Shown here piece by piece: positions 57,499-64,000 of a DNA stretch of 64,000 nucleotides (the first letter of the stretch is position 1; each line of letters begins with the position of its first letter). Origin of the DNA: Patescibacteria group bacterium (lineage in GTDB: Bacteria > Patescibacteriota > Patescibacteriia > Patescibacteriales > UBA12465); the NCBI GenBank assembly GCA_028692765.1, contig JAQUWT010000003.1, positions 3,590-67,589 of the forward strand, given 5' to 3'. The notes beneath the pieces were generated by a model. It was not told the DNA's origin. It saw only the letters and a program-made list of their open reading frames with translations, and made no database searches. The translations under genes and the position numbers were made by a program.

Positions 57499-57531
57499 AA
57501 AAAGGCCACCCTCTTACAGGGTGGTCTTTTT
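57499..57531. terminator. Bidirectional terminator between rnhA (+) and the por/pilin-like operon (-)
   Basis: aaaaaGGCCACCCTcttacAGGGTGGTCttttt, with A5 and T5 flanks that serve both strands. Confidence 0.8.
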
Positions 57532-57546
57532 ATATTCTCGCTTTAG

Positions 57547-58854
57547 TTATGGGCTGCAGGATTTTTTCATTGGTTCTTGGTATTGGAAATGCCACCATTC
57601 GCCACAGTATCTTTGCCAGCCAGCTGCCTGCATGATAGCTTTTAATTTGACGACATCATCATCGCTGTAATCGGCAACGGCCGCACTGCCCATTTTTTGG
57701 CAAGACGTAGTACCCTTAATACAGACATCAATCGCTTGGCCGCTACGATGACCGCCGCAACTACCCGGCCTGGCCACATATTTAGCAGCTACAGTGGCGT
57801 CATTATCATATTTAGCTAGAGCGTCATCCCATAATCTCTGTTGATGGGCGGCAGTGCGGAAGGCGCTGGTTACATATAATTCCACGCCTTGTTTTTTGGC
57901 TTCGTCGATAGCTTTAATAAGGCCTTCCTTGCCGGTTTTATTGAGCATAGGCGTTTCAGCATTGCTATCAACAATATCTTTAATATTTTCTAAGCTGCCC
58001 TCTTCTGCACAATTATCAGAAATATTCTCGGCACTATCGCTGCCGTTTTTAATCGGCTGAATAACTATACGCTCAATCATCTTAACCGAAATTGATTTTA
58101 AGGTGGTGAGTTTAGGGTTAATTTGGGATAAGATAAGATAGGTGCCTAACAGTATGATTAGCCCGGTGATGCTGCCGATAATCAGGTCTTTGGCTTGGGA
58201 AATTTTGGAGACATCGCCAGCCGAGACGAGCCAGAGAACACCACCCGCCATTAGGACAATCGCGGCCAAAATACCGCCTATGCCTAAGCCATATTGATAT
58301 ATTCCTTTAATATACTCAGCAATCCAAGGTATTTCGCATTGTCCAGAATCGTCTGGGCCGGTGCAATTGGCCTGTGTTAGAGTGACGGTATCTATAGGTA
58401 TTTGAAATTCCGGCATGGTAAAATCGGCCTTTTTGTATACAGGAGTTATTTCGGGACAACAGCAGACATTTTGGCTGCTATAGCTTGTTTCCGGTGCGGT
58501 AGATGGATCACAGTCAGCACCTTTAGCTTCATCGGCATCACAACCACCCACCCAGCTTCCCGTTGGCGCATAAGAACCGCCGCCTTGAATGTATATTAAA
58601 GTTTTCCAGTTACAGGTATAGCCGCTAGTTTTGGGGTTGCAACAGCAGATTTCATTTTCTGCAGGCAGGCCGATGCCGCAGTTTACATGGTAGGCTTCTA
58701 TCTTGCCACCAGCTAAAAAACAAGCACCAGCAGAAGTCTGACCGGTGGGGACGGTTTCGAGACTGCAATTTTCCATAGTTGTCACTGAAGCAGCCGCTAT
58801 GTTGGGCAAAAAAAGCAGGGCGGATAGGTAGATAAAAATTATTTTTTTAATCAT
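57547..58854 (-). CDS. Secreted fusion protein: Cys-rich domain + TrbC/VirB2-like pilin hairpin + VanY/M15B D,D-carboxypeptidase domain
   Basis: Signal peptide (IIFIYLSALLFLPNIAAAS). aa 24-173 contain 14 Cys, including ICCCNP and VCCCPE. aa ~175-248 form a two-helix hairpin (GILAAIVLMAGGVLWLVSAGDVSKISQAKDLIIGSITGLIILLGTYLIL). aa ~300-427 carry the M15B motifs SAFRTAAHQ, GHRSGQAID and EWWHFQY. Its ATG overlaps the porB TGA (ATGA at 58851-58854). Confidence 0.75.
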   Translation of the reverse strand: MIKKIIFIYLSALLFLPNIAAASVTTMENCSLETVPTGQTSAGACFLAGGKIEAYHVNCGIGLPAENEICCCNPKTSGYTCNWKTLIYIQGGGSYAPTGSWVGGCDADEAKGADCDPSTAPETSYSSQNVCCCPEITPVYKKADFTMPEFQIPIDTVTLTQANCTGPDDSGQCEIPWIAEYIKGIYQYGLGIGGILAAIVLMAGGVLWLVSAGDVSKISQAKDLIIGSITGLIILLGTYLILSQINPKLTTLKSISVKMIERIVIQPIKNGSDSAENISDNCAEEGSLENIKDIVDSNAETPMLNKTGKEGLIKAIDEAKKQGVELYVTSAFRTAAHQQRLWDDALAKYDNDATVAAKYVARPGSCGGHRSGQAIDVCIKGTTSCQKMGSAAVADYSDDDVVKLKAIMQAAGWQRYCGEWWHFQYQEPMKKSCSP

Positions 58855-59717
58855 AAATAATAGCGTTCAATATTTTTATCGGCTAAATTTTGAATTTGTT
58901 TTATTTCTTCTGTTTTAAGATGGCGGAACCGTCCTTGTATTTTCAGATATTCATTAACTGAATCTGCCTGAAAATTTGCGTTGACGCTAGAATTGCTAAG
59001 TTTTCCTTCTGTATATTCCAGCAGCGGATAAAGGCCGCTTTTAACCGCTAGGCGGGCAGCCTTGGTGGTTTCATCCGTCTTTATTTTCCAGCCGGGGACG
59101 CAGGGACTTAGTATTTGAATATATGAAGGGCCGATGGTTACTAAAGCTTTTTTTACTTTATTGCTGATATCATCAGGAAAAGCGCTGGTACTTTGGGCGA
59201 CATATTTCAGTCCGTGGGCTAAAGCAATAGTCAGCATATCTTTTTTACTTTGTTGCGACCCGATACTCTTTTCTCCTGACGGGGTGGTTACCGTATTCGC
59301 TCCCCACGGTGTTGAGCCTGAAGCTTGAATACCGGTATTAGAATATGCTTCCGTGTCATAGCAGATATAGACTATATTTTCATTGCGTTCCCACATGCCG
59401 CTGATTAGGCCAATGCCAATATCATAGGTTCCACCGTCGCCAGCTTGAATGACTACTTTTGTATTTTTGTGATTGTGGTTAAGAGCGGCTTTAATGCCGC
59501 TAGCGATGGAAGCGGAATTTTCAAATAAAGAATGAATCCATGGCAATCGCCATGAACTTTGAGGATGGGCGCTAGTCGTTACCTCTAGACATCCGGTAGC
59601 GTTTACTAAAATTGTGTCATTGTTTAAGGCGCGCATAACCGCCTGAACGGCACTGAGTTGCCCACAACCGGCGCAAGCGTTATGTCCTGAACTAATTTTA
59701 TTTTTGTTTTGGTTCAT
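58851..59717 (-). CDS. porB: Pyruvate:ferredoxin (2-oxoacid) oxidoreductase beta subunit
   Basis: SSGHNACAGCG, TPP-binding GDGGTYDIGIG, and CVPGW. I prefer the ATG at 59717 (MNQNKNKISSGH), 1 nt after the upstream TAA. Confidence 0.9.
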   Translation of the reverse strand: MNQNKNKISSGHNACAGCGQLSAVQAVMRALNNDTILVNATGCLEVTTSAHPQSSWRLPWIHSLFENSASIASGIKAALNHNHKNTKVVIQAGDGGTYDIGIGLISGMWERNENIVYICYDTEAYSNTGIQASGSTPWGANTVTTPSGEKSIGSQQSKKDMLTIALAHGLKYVAQSTSAFPDDISNKVKKALVTIGPSYIQILSPCVPGWKIKTDETTKAARLAVKSGLYPLLEYTEGKLSNSSVNANFQADSVNEYLKIQGRFRHLKTEEIKQIQNLADKNIERYYL

Positions 59718-59718
59718 A

Positions 59719-60792
59719 TTAATCAGGATAGCAACAGTATAAATTGTCTCCGCAGCTTCTAGAATGAAAATGATAATCATGATACCAACCAGGTTCGGTG
59801 CAACTTGGGTTTAATGTGCCACCCGTTCCTTTTGATGTGCAAATTGAGCCCAGCTCATTGCCACATGGCTCCCCTTCTTTGCCTTGATCTCCATACCATG
59901 GCGCCTCATTGTAACAATAGCAGTATTGTCCCGGGGCAACGTCTTTGCATCTTTCCGAGTTTGTTTTATCTTTGCATATATCTGAAACACAGCTAAAATC
60001 ATCTTCGTTGGAGAATTTTTTATCTTCTCGGCAATATTCATTTTCAGTTTTTTGCCATTTCCATGTGTTTTGGTCTGGATTAATGGTGCTGCAATTTTGA
60101 CCTCTAGCCGCAACACTTATTGATATCGGTTTGCAATATTTGTAAGTGGATGAGTTTTTTGATTCATATTGGCAACAGTAAGAATTTTTTTTATCTACGC
60201 AGCCAAATTTATTTTCATTCCCTGTTCCAGTATTTTCACATGTTGTGTTATTTGAGCATTTTACCGATTTTTCGTCTGGACATGATGCTTGCCCGTTTTT
60301 ATCTATTATCATTATCACATTTCCTTTTTCGGGATGGCAGCAGAATGTTATTCTTTGAATTGCCTTGATTTGGGAAATTTTCATTTCTAATAGATAGGGG
60401 TTGACCGTCTTTAATATCAGCCAGGAACTAAATACCAATAGCAAGCCGGTGAGGCTGCCTATAATTAAATTTTTTGCTTGGCTAATCTTCTCACTGCTGC
60501 CAGTTGATGTAAGCCAGATAATTCCGCCGGCCATCAAAATGATGGCTGCCAGAATGCCGGCAATACTGATGCCATAATTATAAAATCCTTTGACCATCAT
60601 TCCCAGATAGCTGGTGTCATTCCTCTCTAATTCAAGTTCTTGGCCCTTTTCAACCAGTCCAGGAATACCAACTTGGGGAATAAATACTAAGGGGTCGGTC
60701 ACATCAGCCACGACTGGTAGGGCAAAAGCAAATAGAAAAATTATTGCGCCCACCCAAGTGGCTATTTTGTGCCTTGTTAATCTTTTACTCAT
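59719..60792 (-). CDS. Secreted/membrane protein: TrbC/VirB2-like pilin hairpin + novel Cys-rich C-terminal domain
   Basis: Signal peptide (AIIFLFAFALPVVA). The hairpin GILAAIILMAGGIIWLTSTGSSEKISQAKNLIIGSLTGLLLVFSSWLIL is paralogous to that of the 57547-58854 protein. The last ~207 aa contain 22 Cys by my count, with motifs FCCHPE, YCCQYE, YCYCY and LYCCYPD. Confidence 0.7.
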   Translation of the reverse strand: MSKRLTRHKIATWVGAIIFLFAFALPVVADVTDPLVFIPQVGIPGLVEKGQELELERNDTSYLGMMVKGFYNYGISIAGILAAIILMAGGIIWLTSTGSSEKISQAKNLIIGSLTGLLLVFSSWLILKTVNPYLLEMKISQIKAIQRITFCCHPEKGNVIMIIDKNGQASCPDEKSVKCSNNTTCENTGTGNENKFGCVDKKNSYCCQYESKNSSTYKYCKPISISVAARGQNCSTINPDQNTWKWQKTENEYCREDKKFSNEDDFSCVSDICKDKTNSERCKDVAPGQYCYCYNEAPWYGDQGKEGEPCGNELGSICTSKGTGGTLNPSCTEPGWYHDYHFHSRSCGDNLYCCYPD

Positions 60793-60796
60793 ATTA

Positions 60797-61951
60797 TTAC
60801 CAGAATTTAAGGCCGGCTTTACCGGTTGAATTAATTATTTTTTTAATTGTCGCTACACTGACATCGCGTCCGCCTAAGCCAATAATGTGATTACTGCTGA
60901 TACCTCGGTATCCGGGCAGAGAACCGATAAGTTCGCTATATAATGGTCCGTAAGCGCCGGCGGAAATTGCTTTTTCTAAAACGGCGATGCGCGGACAATT
61001 TTTTATTATTCTCCTAAGGTCTTGAGCGGGAAAGGGACGGAAGCTTCTTATTTTTAAAAGGCCGGTGTCTTTTTCAGTTTTTAAAGTTTCTTTGATAGTA
61101 CCGGCAACAGAGCCCATGGCAATCAAGATGGTTTTTGGTTTGTTGGGACCGCAATATTCAATTAAGCCGTTATCAAATTTCGGTTTAATGCTGATTGGCG
61201 AGGGCAGTATCTTTTTCCAATCGCGATAAGCGCGACTCAAATCTGATGCGGCTCTTTTGATATCTTCATCGAGTTTCTTCTTCTCCAGCCAATAGTGTTC
61301 CGGCGTAAAAAAACCGCCTAGTGTAATTGGTTTTTGCGGGTTAAGGTAGGTACCAGGCGCCGGCTTATAGGCGGGAAGATACTTTTTTATTTCCTGCCTT
61401 CCCGGGATAATGACATTTTCGTAAGAGTGGGTTAACACAAAGCCGTCTACGTTGATAGCAACGGGAAGATTGTGCGATTCCGCCAGTTTGTAAGCGATAA
61501 CATGAAAGTCAACCGCTTCTTGGTGATTTTCCGCAAACAGCATCAGCCAGCCGGCATCGCGCATCGCCATGGCATCGCTGTGGTCATTCCAAATATTTAT
61601 TGGCGCGCCGACAGCGCGATTAGCCACGGTCATCACTAAGGGCAGTCTCAGGCCGGCAGCATTATATAAAACTTCCATCATCAGGATTAAACCTTGGGAA
61701 CTGGTGGCGCTATAGACGCGGCTGCCGGCGGCGGCGGCGCCGACAACAATTGAAGCGGCGGCGAATTCGCTCTCCGCGCGCAGATATTCAAAATCAGCCT
61801 TTCCCCCAGCTTTCATTTGTGCCAAATCCTCCACTATATGAGTTTGAGGAGTAATTGGGTAGGCGGAAACTACATCCGGCCGGATGTTGGCCACGGTAAG
61901 AGAGATGGCACGGGAGCCTTCGATAAATTGTGTCTTATTATTTAACGGCAT
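60797..61951 (-). CDS. porA: Pyruvate:ferredoxin (2-oxoacid) oxidoreductase alpha subunit
   Basis: GSRAISLTVANIRPDVVSAYPITPQT, SEFAAASIVVGAAAAGSRVYSATSSQGL, and typical PorA length (384 aa). Confidence 0.9.
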   Translation of the reverse strand: MPLNNKTQFIEGSRAISLTVANIRPDVVSAYPITPQTHIVEDLAQMKAGGKADFEYLRAESEFAAASIVVGAAAAGSRVYSATSSQGLILMMEVLYNAAGLRLPLVMTVANRAVGAPINIWNDHSDAMAMRDAGWLMLFAENHQEAVDFHVIAYKLAESHNLPVAINVDGFVLTHSYENVIIPGRQEIKKYLPAYKPAPGTYLNPQKPITLGGFFTPEHYWLEKKKLDEDIKRAASDLSRAYRDWKKILPSPISIKPKFDNGLIEYCGPNKPKTILIAMGSVAGTIKETLKTEKDTGLLKIRSFRPFPAQDLRRIIKNCPRIAVLEKAISAGAYGPLYSELIGSLPGYRGISSNHIIGLGGRDVSVATIKKIINSTGKAGLKFW

Positions 61952-61991
61952 GTAAATTTAGCAATCTTAAATAGGAATTAGCCAATTTATA

Positions 61992-62270
61992 TTAATAATC
62001 TTTTACCATTTTAATGGCTTTTACTGGGCATTCAGCCGCACAAATACCGCAGCCCTTGCAATAATCGTAGTCTACTTCGGCTTTTAATTTGGTATTTTTA
62101 TCCATTTTCATGAAAATACAGGCGTCCGGACACAGTTTGGCGCAACGGGAGCAGCCAATGCAGAGATTTTTATCTATTTCCGGACGATGCGTCCGCCAAG
62201 AACCGGTTTTATTTTCTAAAGAAGAGCCGGGTTGCGCGAGAGGTCGGTGCGAATTATGCTTTTTTTCCAT
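61992..62270 (-). CDS. porD: PFOR delta subunit (2x[4Fe-4S] ferredoxin-like)
   Basis: Two cluster motifs, CIGCSRCAKLCP and CKGCGICAAECP. It overlaps the porG 3' end by 17 nt. Confidence 0.88.
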   Translation of the reverse strand: MEKKHNSHRPLAQPGSSLENKTGSWRTHRPEIDKNLCIGCSRCAKLCPDACIFMKMDKNTKLKAEVDYDYCKGCGICAAECPVKAIKMVKDY

Positions 62271-62820
62271 ATTGATAGGCTTTTAAGACCGCGTCTTTAT
62301 TTTTATTGATTATTTCCGTTCCTTTGCCGGCAAACTTATCGGCGATTGCCGCCATTAATGATTTAATAGAAATTAGTTCGGTGGCTTGGGCAAAGGAGCC
62401 GAGGATGACGGTATTCACCAGATTCTTGCCCAAAAGCTCTAAGGCGATTGCAGTCGCCGGACTGGAGTAGATATTGTTGCGGTTGATTTTATTTTTTAAT
62501 AACTTTTCCAACTCGGCCGGATTTGACTGGCTATTGATAATCAAAATACTTTTTTTATTAATTCCCGCTAGCACTTCTTCTTCCGCTAGTAGGCTGTCAT
62601 CTTGGATGATTAAAATGTCGGGATGATATATTTGTTCGCGGGTGATGATTGGTTGTTTGTCTAAACGGACAAAAGACTGGATGGGGGCGCCGCTTCTTTC
62701 TACTCCGAATGACGGAAAAGCTTGCGCGTATAAGCCGTCTAGAAAAGCGCTGCTCGCTAATAATTCAGCGGCCGTGACTACGCCCTGTCCGCCACGCCCG
62801 TGTATCCTTATCTGTACCAT
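62254..62820 (-). CDS. porG: PFOR gamma subunit
   Basis: IRIHGRGGQGVVTAAELL N-terminus typical of PorG. Its ATG lies 1 nt after the dsbA-like TAA. Confidence 0.88.
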   Translation of the reverse strand: MVQIRIHGRGGQGVVTAAELLASSAFLDGLYAQAFPSFGVERSGAPIQSFVRLDKQPIITREQIYHPDILIIQDDSLLAEEEVLAGINKKSILIINSQSNPAELEKLLKNKINRNNIYSSPATAIALELLGKNLVNTVILGSFAQATELISIKSLMAAIADKFAGKGTEIINKNKDAVLKAYQYGKKA

Positions 62821-62821
62821 A

Positions 62822-63574
62822 TTATTGGGCTAAAAGGCCGTCGATAATGCCGATAAAATTTTCTTCAGGGTAATATCCGGTAATCTTGTAGCGGTTGATG
62901 AACCAGCTGGGAGTGCCGGAAAGGCCAAGCAGTTCGGCGTCGGCAAAGTCATCATTCAGTCGGTAGAGATAAGTCTTGTTATCTAGGCAAGACGCAAAAT
63001 TATCCGCATTCAAACCTAGGCTGTTGGCCAGTTCTTTGAGTTTAAGATTTAACTCCGAGCCCTGCAGAGGGCTGAGAATGTCCTGGTTGTTGAATAGAAG
63101 GTCATTCATTTCCCAAAATTTATTCTGGACGCCGGCGCAATTGCCCGCTAAAGCTAAATCTACCGAATTGTCATGCAGGGGATAATCTCGGAAAGTAATG
63201 CGTATTTGATTGCCGTATTTTTTTGCTAAATCACGGATAACCGGAGCGGCCTGTTTGCAATAGGGGCAGGCATAATCAGAAAAAACTACGACTTTTACTT
63301 TAGCGTCAATCGGTCCGAGGCTATAATTTTCTCCACGGCCGTCAATGGCGGCGGTAATTTTTTGGATTTCGGCCGCTTGCTGTTCCGCACTCTGGCCGTT
63401 TCTGATTTCTTGCACTTTATTGGCAACATAAAAAGCGGAGGCGCTGATGGCGGCGATTAAGCCCAGCAATAAGATGATGGTGATGATTCCCCAAGGTTTT
63501 TTATACCAAGGACGCAGTTTATTTTTATGCCTTTCCTTCATTTCTAAATATTTAATGCGTTCGTCAATGCTCAT
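62822..63574 (-). CDS. Membrane-anchored DsbA-family thiol:disulfide oxidoreductase
   Basis: N-terminal TM helix (WGIITIILLLGLIAAISASAF) and a thioredoxin fold with the active site CPYC (VVFSDYACPYCKQ). Confidence 0.85.
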   Translation of the reverse strand: MSIDERIKYLEMKERHKNKLRPWYKKPWGIITIILLLGLIAAISASAFYVANKVQEIRNGQSAEQQAAEIQKITAAIDGRGENYSLGPIDAKVKVVVFSDYACPYCKQAAPVIRDLAKKYGNQIRITFRDYPLHDNSVDLALAGNCAGVQNKFWEMNDLLFNNQDILSPLQGSELNLKLKELANSLGLNADNFASCLDNKTYLYRLNDDFADAELLGLSGTPSWFINRYKITGYYPEENFIGIIDGLLAQ

Positions 63575-63634
63575 ATGTTTAATTGAAAAAAGCCTATTTT
63601 TTCTTTATACTTAATTAGTATTTATTTTTATTTT

Positions 63635-63643
63635 ATTATATCA
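63635..63643 (-). promoter_or_regulatory. Extended -10 promoter (TGaTATAAT) upstream of the dsbA-por operon
   Basis: The minus strand reads cttgTGATATAATaaaa, with a weak -35 (TAGCCA) 17 nt upstream. It lies ~55-60 nt upstream of the dsbA-like ATG. Confidence 0.5.
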
Positions 63644-63693
63644 CAAGCGGGCCTTCGTGGCTATTTGTCTGCTGGTATGCTTTGTTTATTTTT

Positions 63694-64000
63694 ATGAAGA
63701 TTATTTCTTGGAATATTAATGGGATAAGGGCAGCTTTGGGTAAAGGCCTGCTTGAGTTTTTGCAACAGGAAAAGCCCGATGTCATCTGTTTCCAAGAAAT
63801 TAAAATCAGCGACGAAGCTCGGAAAAAATTGGGTCTGGAATTTGCAGGTTATAATGCTTTTTGGCATGGTGCCAAGCGCCCCGGCTATAGTGGTACGGCA
63901 GTTTTAATCAAGCAGGGCCAAGAATATGAAGTCAGCAATGGCTTCGGTCCGTCAAAATATGATGATGAGGGGCGGGTGCAGGTAATAGATATGCCCGATT
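63694..64000 (+). CDS. xth: Exodeoxyribonuclease III (AP endonuclease), N-terminal part; 3' end outside window
   Basis: MKIISWNINGIRAA..., PDVICFQEIK and RPGYSGTAVL. The frame is open to the window end, so it is absent from the ORF track. Confidence 0.9.
   Translation, partial: MKIISWNINGIRAALGKGLLEFLQQEKPDVICFQEIKISDEARKKLGLEFAGYNAFWHGAKRPGYSGTAVLIKQGQEYEVSNGFGPSKYDDEGRVQVIDMPD

Noticed and set aside
59811-60368. Alternative-frame ORFs (101 aa minus, 82 aa and 63 aa plus) within the Cys-rich gene X.
   Set aside because: They overlap the longer ORF, which has a signal peptide, a hairpin paralogous to protein Y, and coupling to porA/porB. They have no independent support.
63661-63867. 68-aa minus-strand ORF.
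   Set aside because: It is antisense to the clear xth N-terminus (MKIISWNINGIRA...), which runs off the window end.
1-64000. Looked for CRISPR arrays, rRNA genes, transposases/integrases, prophage blocks and long direct or tandem repeats.
   Set aside because: I saw no regularly spaced repeats, no 16S/23S/5S-like sequence, and no recognisable recombinase or phage structural motifs. The window reads as core chromosome. I scanned by eye only.

Overview
This is a 64-kb stretch of a small, very gene-dense bacterial chromosome. I call about 56 protein genes and 8 tRNAs. TAA, TAG and TGA all act as stops, so the code is standard code 11. By inference the organism is Candidate Phyla Radiation / Patescibacteria-like. 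The pointers are an archaeal-type UMP kinase, a four-subunit PFOR, GH57, NYN and DHH nucleases, TrbC/VirB2-like pilin-hairpin proteins, tRNAs without encoded CCA, ribosomal proteins with low-complexity tails, and gene junctions of 1-4 nt. Most of the content is housekeeping: recA, adk, hup, rny, infB-rbfA, trmD, rpsP, pnp, rpsO, rpsT, holA-murI-murD-polA, ddl, gpmA, yebC-ruvC, ftsK, murE, rpoB-rpoC, murJ, lepA, recJ, rnhA and xth. I saw no rRNA, CRISPR array, transposase/integrase or prophage. The most unusual locus lies on the minus strand at 57.5-63.6 kb. It is a tightly coupled seven-gene unit in which the PFOR subunit genes (porG-porD-porA ... porB) are preceded by a membrane-anchored DsbA-like oxidoreductase. 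Two paralogous, cysteine-rich, pilin-hairpin surface proteins interrupt and follow the por genes, and one of them is fused to a VanY/M15B D,D-carboxypeptidase. Other points worth a second look: (1) a TMTC/PMT-like GT-C+TPR gene split by a +1 frameshift in a T6 run, inside an envelope-glycosylation cluster; (2) an alpha-glucan island with two GT5 synthases flanking GH57 and an APH-like kinase; (3) an orphan terminator-bounded unit between polA and ddl; (4) a long structured rpoB leader; (5) a NYN nuclease between rpsO and pnp; (6) an initiator tRNA with C33. All functional calls come from motif recognition by eye. No database search or folding program was run.
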